From Octopus sinensis (Eukaryota): a DNA stretch of 64,000 nucleotides. The notes below the pieces were generated by a model, which saw only the letters and a list, made by a program, of their open reading frames with translations, did not search any database and was not told the DNA's origin. Each line of letters begins with the position of its first letter. The stretch's first letter is position 1. Below, piece by piece: positions 38,538 through 52,465 of the stretch. The DNA lies in contig NC_043010.1 of assembly GCF_006345805.1 (NCBI RefSeq), positions 12,772,001-12,836,000 of the forward strand. Reading direction: 5' to 3'. The translations under genes were made by a program, and so were the position numbers.

Positions 38538-39100
38538 AGCATCGATTTGATATTTACGTTCAAATTTACCAGAACGTATTCAGAATGAACAGATACGTTA
38601 ATGCTTAGTTTCTTGGTGTTCATTGTGGACCTTATGAATGAAGATTTTCGGTCTTCTGCCGGTGGTAGTTCTAGACCTGACAAATTATTTCTTACTTGCA
38701 GCATGGCTATTTTTCTGGATGTATAGCCCTATTCTCTTAACGGATGGTAAAGAAGCAGGGATTATGTTATTCTTCTTCAGTAACTTGTGGAATTCAGAAT
38801 AAGTTATTCCCAAGTCATGAAGAATATTTGATTTTTAATATCCACATCAGCACAGAATTTCATTTTCAGTGAATGCATATCAGACCTAAAAACAACAAAT
38901 AACTTAATCTAATTGGAGCCATTTATGCACATATTTTGATTTAAAAGTCGAAAGGAAGTTTTTGTACACCTCCTTTCGAAAGAAACTTTAAATTTGATAT
39001 CTTGATTCTTCTAAATAATTTTTTAAACATTTTGTTATAAGCAAACAATTCAAAACAACGTTATCATCAATTTAAAAAATTTTAATCTTTTCAGTCTTAC

Positions 39101-39135
39101 ATGAAATATTAGGCCCTCAAGAATAATATGAAAGT
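39101..39135 (-). CDS. Candidate 35 nt exon ((D)FHIILEGLIFH)
   Basis: Donor CAT|GTAAGA, weak acceptor aaaatttacag; phase 1 to 0 bridges 40696-40770 and 36818-36974. Confidence 0.25.
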
Positions 39136-39642
39136 CTGTAAATTTTAATTTTGATTTTCGTTCGTAAAACTTTATATGCAACTTTGTAAAATGCATTTCT
39201 CTCGCACACTGAAAAAAAAATACCATCAAGAACGGGTGGAAGAAATATTGCAGTGTTTAGAGTAAATAATCTATTTAAATTGCAATACGTGGTCTGATCA
39301 ATAAGTATCCGGACTGTTGCCATAGTAACGAAGCTAAAGCTCACAGAGTAAAGCCGCTCGGCACATATTGACCATGAACTCCACTGTGCCGGCGCACTAA
39401 GTTTTAACGTTCTAGCTCACTAAATGCCGAATTCTGCTGCCGCAGGATTTCGAGTAGGTACGGGATCATGTCTACCAAGCCTCAAGTGCACACAGAACGC
39501 TCTTCGTGTTGCAGTTACGGATTCGTTGTTCTAAATAAACGTTTCCACAATGAATGCGTGATGCGCGCCCGTCCAATACATGTTGGCAACTGAAAGCGAA
39601 ATGAAACAAAATGTCACAATTGCACCTATTGAAACAAAATGG

Positions 39643-40056
39643 GGATCTTTTCTGTTTGAACGGCAGTTTTTTCTAGCAGTGTCATATGAAATTGTCACCC
39701 ATAATTATGACCCTAGTATCGATCTATTGCATTTCAATCTGTTTTAGGGTTAGGGGTGGGGGAAGGGTATCTTTTTTTTCTTCACAAATGTAAATAAACC
39801 CAATCTGTTTCTTAAACGAGGGACATATTTATACGGCACAGACTGTTTTCACCTCAATAGACGTCATTGATTGGTTGAAATTGCAGAAATTGAAGGAAAT
39901 AAAACAACAAATATCTTACAAACTATAGAATTTTCTCAATAAAGCCAAGAGAAAAAGATGTTTTATTTTGACACATTCTACCAGTATACAAAGTTTAAAA
40001 GTGTTTAGTTACATGGAAATTATTTTAAAAAACTGCCGGTCAAACCGAAAAGATCC
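39643..40056. mobile_element. GG-ended MITE, second full copy (opposite orientation to 36192-36598)
   Basis: Same TIRs and interior in reverse; TSD not clear. Confidence 0.85.
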
Positions 40057-40423
40057 AAATAGTCTTATAATTAGCAAACGATGTATGCACCCAACCTTTT
40101 ATTTATTTATTTCTCGGTGTGCCGTTGTTAGTTTGACTTTTATTTCTTTAAACAGTTTTATTACAATGTTTGTAATGTCTGTATTTGTAGATTAATAGGT
40201 ACTATTTCTTGAGCATTTTATTACTGCATCAAGGTATTTCCCTTCGCTGGCTGCGACAATAGAGACGAAAATGCTTTCTCTTGGCAAGAAAATCTAATAT
40301 ACTGATGTTGAATTATAAACTATTCTGCAAACGGAAATGCAGACACACTTTGTCTCAAGAAGATCAAAGTGCTAGAAGCTAGGCTGACAGGCCATAATTT
40401 AAAAACCAGGAAGAAATACATAC

Positions 40424-40469
<46 letters not shown>

Positions 40470-40524
40470 ATATATATATGTATGTATATATATATATATG
40501 TATATATATATGTATGTATGTATG

Positions 40525-40586
<62 letters not shown>

Positions 40587-40614
40587 TATATATATATATG
40601 TATATATATGTATG

Positions 40615-40647
<33 letters not shown>

Positions 40648-40695
40648 GTATATATATATATGTATATACATGCGCGCAATCTCGCACATACATAC

Positions 40696-40770
40696 CCCAA
40701 GCGTCACATGACGAATGAATCTGATAAAAGCTTAAAAGCTTCCCCGATATCAATGGATTAATTACTCCAT
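40696..40770 (-). CDS. Candidate 75 nt exon ((D)[24 protein letters not shown])
   Basis: Acceptor gttttctccag, donor G|GTATGT, open in phase 1 to 1. Confidence 0.33.
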
Positions 40771-41519
40771 CTGGAGAAAACTCTCAACTAGAAACTCGAA
40801 GTATAAAGTTACACTGAATTTTCTCAAATGAAAATATATATATATATTTAGGTGTTTCTAACTTATGTACACTCTTCTATGTATTAGCTTTATAAAACTA
40901 TAACACATTATGTTTGTGTGTGTGTGTTTGTGTGAGTGCGTGTTTGGGTCTTTATTGGTCTATGACAAAAAAATTGCAGTTCCATTGGCAAACTAAAACC
41001 CTACATCGTTAGTTGTTGAAGTGTTAATGTAAAAGCACACACAGGAGCTAAATCTGAGGACATGTACACAGCAGTTAACAACTTGAAGTGCATATAAATC
41101 ATAAAAAGAGGCAGAAGAAAAAATATATATAAATAATAACAACAAAAGATGTAATGAAAATCGATTTTAAAATTTACACAGGAAATAGATATTGATAGTA
41201 AATATCTTTGTTGGCCACAAACATTGTGGCTAACGGTAGTAAATACATCACCTGTATCATTCGGTTTACTCTAAACTAACTTGCAAATGCAATTATCTCC
41301 ATGCTAACATCGAATTCCTCTTTAGATATAAGCTATCTATAATAAAAACACTCTGTAGACGTGCCTCGCTGATATCATCTAATGGAAAATATGCAGAAGT
41401 GAGCAAAAATAAAAGAAACGTTATTAAGCGTCAACACCGTTGCAGATAACACAAATCATTCGATGGAAATGTTCCGGACAATTCAGCATACACAAGTTCC
41501 CTTCATCCATTAATCTCCC

Positions 41520-41900
<381 letters not shown>

Positions 41901-42645
41901 TCTCTGTTTGCCATTGTCCTCACCTCTCTTTCTCCCACAATTTTTGTCTCTACCTTTGTTCCTCTCTCTCTCTCTCTCTCACTCTTTTCAGCAATTCCTT
42001 ATTCCTCTTCATGCTCTTGTTTTACCATTTGCATACCATCACTATCTATCCTACTCTTCCTATTTCTCCCCCCCCCCGACTGTTTCTCCTGCTTGGTTTA
42101 CCTATCCTTACACGTGTCAGACTCCCACAAATTTTTTCTCTCCTTCACTTTTCGTTTCTTTCTCTTTCCATCACTTCGCTTGGTTTTTCTAGCCTTCCAC
42201 CCCACACTCTCTCTCCGCCCCTCTGTCCTTTCCTCCCCCCCACCCTCTTTTATATTATTCTATTTTTTTGTTTTTGCTTCTCTGTGTCTTTCCTTTCTCG
42301 ATTCCCCCCCTTCTATCATTTTCTGTCCTTCTTCAAACACACATATATCCATTGATTCATAAGCAATTTACTACGTAGTTTAAACCAGTCTAGCGTGAGG
42401 AGCAGTATTGCCAATTTAACTAAAATACAACGGCAAATATTTAATATATTCATGAAATATAAGTTTTACTGTTTAAAACAGAAAATACAAAATATATAAA
42501 AAATGAACCATAACAATTTCCGGATGTAGCTTAATATAACTATCATCCCGATAGAGTTACATGTTCATCATCAAATTTTCCCCACCGTCATCTCCAGGTA
42601 AGCATGATGCTGAGATATTTAAAAGAGCACGTGGGAGTTTTAAAA

Positions 42646-42940
42646 GGGTACGTGGGAGTTTTAGCATTCATGCCTTTCCAAAGGGTACGTGGGAGTTTTA
42701 GCATTCATGCCTTTCCAAAGGGTATGTGGGAGTTTTAGCATTCATGCCTTTCCAAAGGGTACGTGGGAGTTTTAGCATTCATGCCTTTCCAAAGGTATGT
42801 GGGAGTTTTAGCATTCATGCCTTTCCAAAGGGTACGTGGGAGTTTTAGCATTCATGCCTTTCCAAAGAGTACATGGGAGTTTTAGCATTCATGCCTTTCC
42901 AAAGAGTACGTGGGAGTTTTAGCATTCATGCCTTTCCAAA
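42646..42940. repeat. 37 bp minisatellite x8 (GGGTACGTGGGAGTTTTAGCATTCATGCCTTTCCAAA)
   Basis: Unit starts at 42646, 42683, 42720, 42757, 42794, 42830, 42867 and 42904; no spacers. Confidence 0.97.
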
Positions 42941-42999
42941 GGGAACATATAAAGTTTCAAATTTTTGGCAAAATGCCAGCAATTTTTTGAGGGGAGAAG

Positions 43000-43340
43000 G
43001 AAATTGATTACATCACCTCTAGTAATTAAATGGGACTTATTTATTTGACCCTGAAAGGATGAAAGGCAAAATCGACCTTGGCAGAATTTGAACTCAGAAC
43101 GTAATGAATCAGGAGGAATTCAGCTTGCTATTTTATCCAACATGCTAAAGATTCTTTTCTACTCTAGGCACAGGGCCCGAAATTTTTTTTTTGGCGGGGC
43201 AGTCGATTAGATCAACCCCAGTATGCAACTGATACTTAATTAATCGATCCTGAAAGGATGAAAGGCAAAGTCCACCTTGGTGGAATTTGAACTCAGAATG
43301 TAAAGACTGACGAAATACTTCTAAGCATTTCGCCTTAGGG
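43000..43340 (-). mobile_element. Two tandem SINE family B copies
   Basis: The core cctgaaaggatgaaaggcaaa...gaatttgaactcagaa appears twice. Confidence 0.75.
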
Positions 43341-44594
43341 CATGTATAATGAAATGAATAATCTTGATTTTGGATTGGGAACTTGGCTTGAAGGAAGTTT
43401 ACCTATGAAGGAATTTGAACCTCAATTGCAAGATATTCAGTTATGGGTCATGTGACAGATCTATAAATCAACCAACTAGCATGGAACTGTGGTATAATAT
43501 AGCTTCTTGGATGATTTAAAATTTGCCCCCTGTTTGGTGCCTAACTTAACTGGGTGATCTCAGGTACTCAGGCTGACCACCTTTAGCACTCATTAAGACC
43601 AGTCCACTTTGAGCTCTTGGATAGAACACCTTGAGCAAGAGATGACTATAGACACTCACACATGACGTACCACAGCTAGCCTTCTACAAGACACAGCATG
43701 GTTCTCTCCTCCCAGTTGGCAGTAATATTATCAGAATCTTTCTTTTGTAAACAGCTAAAGCAGTAAACCATGTCCAGCAATAAATATGATGAAAGTTAGA
43801 AGTTCATGAGTTGCTTCACACAGCCAGTTTGAGCACATGACAATGACCCTTAACATTACATGGCGGTGGTGACCTGGTCGGCTCGGCCCGCGCGAGCCCG
43901 GCAGCGGCACACCGACGCGTCCAGGCCAGTTGGTTGGCGAACGCAGCGCTTACACCAACGATGATCAGACAACTGCTGGCACTTTCTTATCCATGTGAAA
44001 CAGCCACTCTTTACATTCTGAGTTCAAATACAGTTGAGGTTAGCTTTGCCTTTTATCCTTTCACAGTTGATGCAATAAAGTAGCAGTCAAGGACTGGGTT
44101 TGATGCAGTTGACTCAAACCTTCAACTGCCAGTTAAAAAACAAAAAAATTCAAGCCTTGTGCCTGTGTTAGACAATATTGTTTAGCTCCAGGTCCACACT
44201 GATCAAATGGGTTTATGAAGAAAGGCATTCCACCCATGACCATCCTGTCATTTTAACAACATTATCCAATGCGTCTTTTCTTTCTCGATATGATAGATAG
44301 TGATTTGAAGGATATTTTGGTTGTTATTACAAGCATATTTTAGGACTACACAGAGCTTCCTGTACAGCAGAATGCTAGAATTAAAAGAAAAAAATTACTG
44401 TGGAAAGAATGATTTTGATGTCTCTGAAGTTCTGACAAAAATGGATGCAATGATAATTGATATTTTATATATGGGCATTGTGTGTGTGTATTCTTCAACA
44501 AATGAAATAATTGAGGTTTGAGAATTTTTGACAAAGAAAATCTTCTCTTTGGCAAATGGTTCCTCAGTAACAGTGGTTCCCAACCAGGGTCTAT

Positions 44595-45142
44595 CATCAT
44601 CATTGTTCGACCATGGTCGAGACAATGGAATTTACTATATTACGCCAGACTTCCCGGTCCATCATAGCATTACGGAGGTCCTGTTGCTGGATGCCTGTAT
44701 CTCTGGAGATTACATCAGGGTAGGAGAGTGTGCGCCCTCTGGTATTGCGAGTAGATGGCTTCCAGAGGAGAAGAGTAGAAATTACCTCTTTTTCAGCTCT
44801 ACAACAATGTCCAGCAAACTGGACTCTTCTACCCTTCACAGGAGATGACACAGGTGGTAGTTTCCCATATATTTGCATTTTGGTTGGATGACGCTTCCAC
44901 GAGAGATTTTGAGCTCTCATAAGGAGGCGAGTGTAAGTTCCATCCAACCGCCTCTCAAGTTTCTTTGATAATGTCCAGGTTTCTGAGCCATATAGTAGAA
45001 TTGGTTCGACTGTGGCTTTGAAACTTAGATTTGATGACCAGATCTTATGCATATCATTACAGGCTGACCAGGCCATACCCTTTCTAGTTAGAAAATCTTT
45101 TTCAGATGATGATATGTATGACCCAAGATATTTCTAATAAGA
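44595..45142 (-). mobile_element. 5'-truncated RTE-clade LINE (second lineage) with 13 bp TSD
   Basis: Open frame KYLGSYI...ATVEPILLYGSETWTL...QFAGHCCR...DREVWRNIV; stop runs directly into a (TGA)n tail; TSD aaccagggtctat at 44582-44594 and 45143-45155. Confidence 0.92.
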
Positions 45143-45530
45143 AACCAGGGTCTATATGGCCCTCGGGGTCCATATAAGAGTTTAGTTGTTAAAATTTATG
45201 TACAATAAATTGCTTATACTTCTCCAATGCACAAAATATTTAAACATTTTTTTAATACAATTCCTAATAATATTTAATTATAAAAATGCAGTAAGAATCT
45301 TTTTTATATACATCGAATGTAAGACAAAAAAGGTAATAAAAATATTGCAGCAGATATCATTAAAGTACTTTGTATTAAAAGAATTTGGTTAACAATATTC
45401 AACAATTAGACACCAGTAAATGTATGCAGAATACAGATCTCAGGTAAATTTTCATGCATAACAGGTAAATCCAAATATCTTTTGGTAGAATTTCAAGAAA
45501 TTCAGAGTATTTGACAACAAATATATATAT

Positions 45531-45932
45531 TACTCTTTTACTTGTTTCAGTCATTTGACTGCAGCCATGCTGGAGCACCGCCTTTAGTCGAGCAACTCGA
45601 CCCCGGGACTTATTCTTTTGTAAGCCCAGTACTTATTCTATCGGTCTCTTTTTGCCAAACCGCTAAGTAACGGGGACATAAACACACCAGCATTGGTTGT
45701 CAAGCAATGCTAGGGGAACAAACACAGACACACAAACACACATATGCATATATATATACATATATACGACGGGCTTCTTTCAGTTTCCGTCTACCAAATC
45801 CACTCACAAGGCTTTGGTCGGCCCGGGGCTATAGCAGAAGACACTTGCCCAAGATGCCACGCAGTGGAACTGAACCCGAAACAATGTGGTTGGTTAGCAA
45901 GCTACTTACCACACAGCCACTCCTGCGCCTAT
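45531..45932 (-). mobile_element. SINE family A, full length
   Basis: Same head, body and tail as the other copies. Confidence 0.9.
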
Positions 45933-47454
45933 GCTGTTTATTTTTCTTTTCTGTTTGTTTTTTCACCACCAGAACGCTTTCTCTCATTAGACAACGTATG
46001 TTTATTACACACGTGATCCACTTATTCGCCAGTGTCTGCGATGTTTGAGACACTGCGGTATTTCGACCTCATTGTGTGTCTCCTCAGTCGAAGCTACCCA
46101 ACGGCCAAACCGATGAATCTCACAACATGAGCTCTTGTTTATAGGAATCATCAAACACACTTCTTGATGCGTGCAGCTCATGCGTCATGAAAACATATCA
46201 CCTGAAGAGAGGAGGCGTTCTCCAGTGGCAAAAAACAAGTGATCGACTATTCACATTCGAATTTCCCAGAACGCATTCAGAATGAATAGATTTGTTATTG
46301 TTCGGATAATAAATGTTTGGCGCGCACTCCTATGAATTGATATCTGTTTGACAGACATTTCCAAGTGTCAGCAAATAGTTTGTTTACCGATTCTCTAAAA
46401 CAAGAGCTCGTAATTTATCAGTCCAGCTGTGGAGTAACTTCGACTGAGTAGACACACACCACGGTGACTTGATCTTACCTTACACCAGTGAATCCTGTGT
46501 AGGATGAACATACACTGCCTTGTGGGAGTATGCGTTCTCTGGTTGCGAAAAAGAGAAATCATTTATTCGCATTTGAATCTACCGAGGTGTATTTAGAATG
46601 AATAGGCAGGTTACTGATTGAAATGTTTAGTTCTTCACAAAAGTAAGAAAAACCTGCAGCAACTATCGAAAGAGTGTGGAATTGTTGAAGACAAGACAAT
46701 TTGCAGAAAAAAAAATTACAAGAAAGTTTAAGATGCAAGTTTTGCTCCGGAAAAATATGCTAGAAAAATATGCATTTCTTTATTTTCACTTCCAATTTTG
46801 GAAGTCCTGGAAAGTGTCATGGGCATTAGTGTAGCTGGAAATAGGGGACTGGGAGCGGTCTGTCATTGATGGCACTTTTGGGGTCTGCTGCATAAGCTTG
46901 TATAAGGGTTGAGTGGCCTCAAACTTAAAGGTCGATCCGGGCAGCACAAACTTACATTATTGGTCATGCGCTTTTACCATTCTTCCTCTGATTAATCCAG
47001 CAAAAAATAGTACTGGGTTTATTCACAATTGCTCACAGTAAAAATAAAATATACAAATAAAAATACAGCTGACCAATCGATTCTTCAAAGTTAAATACCA
47101 AAACTTTTTCTTTGCATTTGTGATGTTTTCCAAAGAAACTTTATTGATTTCGACGAGAACGACTTAATACAATTAATTGCAAAAGTCAAATGTCTTATTC
47201 AGATTATTTCGCTGATTTCAATTATTAGACTGCAGCCATGCTGGAGCACCGCTTTCAAGTTTTTTTTTTATTTGTCTTTCGTTTTTCTTTTCTTGGTTGA
47301 TCATAAATATCTGGTATTTATTTTTACCGGGCTGTATTTGTACAACAGCTACGTGACGGGACATAAAGAGAAGTAACAAAATCAACTAACAACTACGTAG
47401 GACCTTTTTTAAGACCAGTGTAAATGTAAACATAGACATGGACTTTTTTCTCCG

Positions 47455-47535
47455 ACACTAACCCTAAAATCCTAAATCCCTAACCCTGAAACCCTAACCC
47501 TAACACCCTAACCTTAACCCCAAAACCCTAACCGT
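47455..47535. repeat. Degenerate (CCCTAA)n telomere-like tract
   Basis: About ten imperfect ccctaa units; interstitial. Confidence 0.75.
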
Positions 47536-47741
47536 AAGTACAGAAATGTTTTGAAATTTTTTTCACAATCATAATCTCCGTATTTTTCCGCATATTTTGA
47601 AAAAAAAAAATTCTGATAAAAGTGAAGAATGAAGGAAATAGGGGTGTGGGTGGTAATTTAGAAATGTCGATTTTTGCTAATTTTTTGGCAGATTCGTATT
47701 CCCCGTAGCCGAAAAGGGAGGTTTGTGCCATATGAATATAT

Positions 47742-47927
47742 CCCTCGTTTAAGAAACAGATTGGGTTTATTTACATTTGTGAAGAAAAAAGATACCCTTC
47801 CCACCACCCCTAACCCTAACCCTAAAACAGATTGAAATGCAATAGATCGATACTAGGGGTCATAATTATGGGTGACAATTTCATATGACACCACTAGAAA
47901 AAACTGCCGTTCAAACCGAAAAGATCC
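47742..47927. mobile_element. GG-ended MITE, right-hand half
   Basis: Matches ~36420-36598 and ends gaaaagatcc. Confidence 0.8.
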
Positions 47928-48203
47928 TCAAATTCTGCTGAGATTGACTTTGCCTTTCATCTCTTTCGGGGTCGATAAGATAAGTACGAATTGAACAATG
48001 AGGTCGATGCAGTTGATTTATCCCCTCCTTCCCTCGAAAGGGCTGGCATAACGGACCTATTTTCAGTTATGATGATTATAGTAAGGTTGAGTAGAGAGGG
48101 GACGAAAAAAATAACTACAGACTTCACAAATAAGCATATTACTTACAAATATTTGTTGCACAAAAAGTACGTGCATGTATGTTTGTGTATATATATATAT
48201 ATA

Positions 48204-48601
48204 CTAGCAGTATCGCCCGGCGTTGCTCGGGTTTGTAAGGGAAATAACTATATAGGCATTTTTAGAGAGTTATAGCCAAAAAATAGCAAAAAAATGCATT
48301 AAAAATGGAAAAAAAATTATGGTAATTTTTTTTTTAAATCGTTGACTCATCGTAGACATTTTTAGAGAGTTACTTCCCTTATATAATAGCGAAAAAATGC
48401 ATTAAAATGGAAAAAAATGGTAAATTTTCTTTTAAATCTTAGACTCATCGTAGACGCGCGCTAATACCCAGAAGGGCTCGATATGAATCACGACTATAAG
48501 ATACCCGGTTTTGGTTAAACTGCACCGCAAAATGTGGGAGTAGTTAGGAATCTAAATCGGAGTAGACAGACACACAACTTCAGTTTTATATATAAAGAAG
48601 A
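48204..48601 (-). mobile_element. Non-autonomous Helitron
   Basis: Minus strand begins TC after A and ends CTAG before T, with a GC hairpin (cccgagcaacgccggg, 48216-48231) just upstream of the 3' end; no TSD. Confidence 0.8.
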
Positions 48602-49248
48602 TATGTTTGTGCGTGTGTGCGAACCAGCGACTGTGAGTGAAAACAAACAGTTTAGGATTTATTATAACAGGTAAAAGGAGACAGAAGTTCGAAAACGTTG
48701 TGCTGTGAGGCAAAAAATACGCTGAAAATAAACATTTTCAGCGTAGTATTAAATTTGAGCGCTTTTGAATGGAAAAGTTATATAGAAAAACAGTAAAAAA
48801 AAGAAAAAAGAAATGAACAATGTCGTACGCACTTACGTAAGTAAGTATCACAAGTTATCAATGAAAAGCCAAACGATTTCTTAGGAGATTATAATAAGAT
48901 GATTATAATGAATTTAAAAAATAGATAAACGATTATAACCATTGTTGAGAATACAAACGGTTTAAAATGGAATAAATTGGTTTGCCGCGAGGATTTCTCT
49001 TCCTCACAGCAAAGCAATTTATTCCACTTTTTGAATGGTTTGTATTCACTGTTTGCTTTCGTATGCTATAACTAGTCTCCCGGATTCAAACTGATTACAT
49101 ACATTATTGCTGAAATAGTTTTTCACCGACTTGAAAACCTAGTGCAATAAAATCAACGTATTGATGGTAGTGCAATGTCTCCCTAACAGAAAGTATGAAA
49201 GAATATCCAACAAGTTTTTCTAAAATATTTTACTGCATTTCTGGGAAA

Positions 49249-49532
49249 GGATCTTTTCGGTTTGAACGACAGTTTTTTTTTTAAATAATTTCCACGTATC
49301 TAAACACTTTTAAACTTCGTAATACTGGTAGAATGTGTTTATAGAACATCTTTTTCTCTTGGCTTTATTGAGAAAATTCTATAGTTTGTAAGATATTTGT
49401 TGGGTTTTTTCTTCAATTTCTGCAATTTCAACCAATCAATGACGTCTATTGAGGTGAAAACATTCTGTGCCGTATGAATATGTCCCTCGTTTAAGAAACA
49501 GATTGGGTTTATTTACATTTCTGAAGAAAAAA
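49249..49532. mobile_element. GG-ended MITE, left-hand part
   Basis: Starts ggatcttttcggtttgaacgac and matches 36192 onward. Confidence 0.8.
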
Positions 49533-49689
49533 AGCACTACTATTCCAGTCTCATATATTTTGAGCGTTGTTGTCACTAACGATCTCAAGATATAACTTTA
49601 TATTTTGTAATATATATATATATATATATATACATCCATATACATACAATAGAGAGATGTTTTTGTTTCACTTTTAACACGTAATACTG

Positions 49690-49863
49690 AAATAGTAGAG
49701 AAGATATGATATTGCTGCAGGCTCGCCCTAGGCAAGAAGTTAAACATTTTTTTTTGCCCATGACATTACATGGACCCTAAGTAAGACATGTGTAAAATTT
49801 GAATGAAATTGGTTGTGTAGTTCTCAAGTTTTAGGGAAATACACAGACAGACACACATTCTCA

Positions 49864-49880
<17 letters not shown>
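49690..49880 (-). mobile_element. Helitron-like fragment
   Basis: Terminus acagacagacacacattctcagttttatatat resembles that of 48204-48601; the other end was not found. Confidence 0.4.
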
Positions 49881-49905
<25 letters not shown>

Positions 49906-49929
49906 AAATGCGTCCTTGTCCCATTTTTG

Positions 49930-49960
<31 letters not shown>

Positions 49961-49965
<5 letters not shown>

Positions 49966-50846
49966 GGTGCGGTGAATAAGTTGTCAGCTAAATTGCGCGA
50001 AAATGAAAATAACAGTAACATCTCATTTTAATAGATGTACTTACAAAATTTACATTAAAATATCTTGAAATACTAAAGAGTAAATTTATTTAATAAAATC
50101 GCCATTGCCTTCAAACACGGCCTTCAGACGATTTTGGAATCTCTTGCAACTCTTCTGGATGGTCCCCTTGTTGGTGAATGCTGCCATAATCCTTGACTTC
50201 AGTTCATCTTTGGTGTTACTAGAAGTTTTGTTGATCTCTCACTCAACTGCGCCCAACAAATAGTAATCAAGGGAGTTGCAGTCTGGGGGTGGGTTAGGTG
50301 GCCAGATGTTAGGGGTGATGTGGTTTCAGAAATTGTCTGACAGCCATGACTGGGTTCTCCTGCTTGTGTGGCATGGTGCAGAGTCCTGTTGCCAGAAACA
50401 GGGTCTTCCAGCAGCCGCCCTCTTGACCCAGAGCAACACTGCCTTCTCCAAGCACTTGATGTTGGCCTCTGTGTTGAGTCTGAGGCCGCGTGGGAAGGTG
50501 AATGGAGACATAACGTTGCCATCACTAGTGATCACTCCAAACACCATGATGTTGATTAGATGTTTGATTTTTACACTCTCAGTTACATGTTTTGGGGGCA
50601 TGGCAAGCCAGCGGTAGCTCTGTGTGTACACCATCTGTTCACATTGGAGCTTCTGGCAAGAATGCCAAGCAGTACAGCATGTCGTTTCCAAATTTCTGGC
50701 AGAGTGAATTGCCTCATGGTACTGTTTTTCTCACAGACGGTGCCCATCTGACCCTACTTTACTGTGTAGTTGACAAAATCAAAAACAAACCATGAGTATG
50801 CACGAAATAAAAAATATAAGATGGCGACAATTTACCCATCGCGCCA
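49961..50846 (-). mobile_element. Internally deleted Tc1/mariner element, DD37D (maT-type) transposase remnant
   Basis: Translation MVFGVITSDG...FWQQDSAPCHTSRRTQSWLSDNF...WPPNSPDCNPLDYY gives 37 residues between the second and third D; loosely matching TIRs; sits in (TA)n. Confidence 0.85.
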
Positions 50847-51114
50847 GAAACGCGCGCTCGCGCGCACACATGCTTGTATATATATATATATGTATATATA
50901 TATTCATACATATATGCAAACATGTGTGTGTGTGTGTATGTATGTGTGTGTGTATGTATGTGTGTGTGTATGTGTGTGTGTATGTGTGTATCAGACTGAG
51001 TAAAAAGTAAGCAACGTTTTGAAACATGAAATTCATTACAATATATTTCAACAAGGCACAGGAGTGGCTGTGTGGTTAGTAGCTTGCTTACCAACCACAC
51101 GGTCACGGGTTCAC

Positions 51115-51580
<466 letters not shown>

Positions 51581-52139
51581 ATGAATGTGTGTATGTGTGT
51601 GTATGCAGCGGGGTCTATGTGTGTGTGTTTGTGTTTGTCCCCTACCCACCACTTGATAACGAATGTTGGTTTCTTTACCTCCCCACGGTAGTAGTTCGGC
51701 AAAAGTGATCGATAGAATAAGTACCACGATTTGTTCAACTATGCCCTTCAAAGCGGTGCCCCACATAGCCACAGTCCAACGACTGAAACAAGCAAGGAGG
51801 AAAAATAAATCGAAATAAGAAAAAATAAATGGTGGCACACGTAAGTGTAGCCTGTGTTCCGTAGCACAGTGTAAATATAGAAATAAATTTGCACACACGT
51901 AAACGCACCCAGCTTTTCTTTTGCGAGTGAAATTGTGTTATTTCGATCGAAAAAGTAGCCCGTGTCCCTAGCATAGTGTAAATGCAGGAATAAATTTACA
52001 CATACGACATTTTAGTGCGCCGCCCTGTATGATAGATAATACGATATTATGATCATATAATTCTGAGGTATTTCGGTGTTAATAGACCTGATTCAAGTGA
52101 AATTTTTACCGCTGTATATATGAAGCCTTATATTGCTCA

Positions 52140-52465
52140 GGATTTAGAACATCGGGCTCAAAATCATAAGATAGTGAGATCAAATCTCGGATCGGACTGC
52201 TTGTTGTGTTCTTGAGCAAGACACTTTATTTCACATTGATTCTGTTCACTCAGCTGTAGAAATGAGTTTCGACGTCATTGGTGCCAAGCTGTATCGGCCC
52301 CTTTGCCTTTCCCTTGGATAACACCAATGGCGTGGAGAGAGGAGACTGGTATGCAGGGGCAACTACTGGTCTTCCATAAACAACTTTGCCCGGACTTGTG
52401 CTTTGGAGGGGAACTTTCTTGGTGCAATCCCATGGTCATCCATGACCGAAGGGAGCCTTTACCTT
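52140..52465 (+). mobile_element. Further tRNA-headed SINE family, diverged
   Basis: Head followed by cttgagcaagacactttatttcac...cactcagctgtagaaatgagt; the head/CORE-like segment is also seen at ~33610-33680. Confidence 0.55.

Noticed and set aside
38696-38885. Exon-like segment with a strong acceptor and donor
   Set aside because: All three frames contain stops between the sites.
42646-42940. CRISPR-like 37 bp direct repeats
   Set aside because: No spacers, no cas genes, eukaryotic context.
46770-46955. 56-codon open stretch on the minus strand followed by AATAAA
   Set aside because: No convincing acceptor or early ATG, and no recognisable homology.
47455-47535. Chromosome end or telomere fusion site
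   Set aside because: Short, degenerate, single orientation and embedded among MITE sequence.
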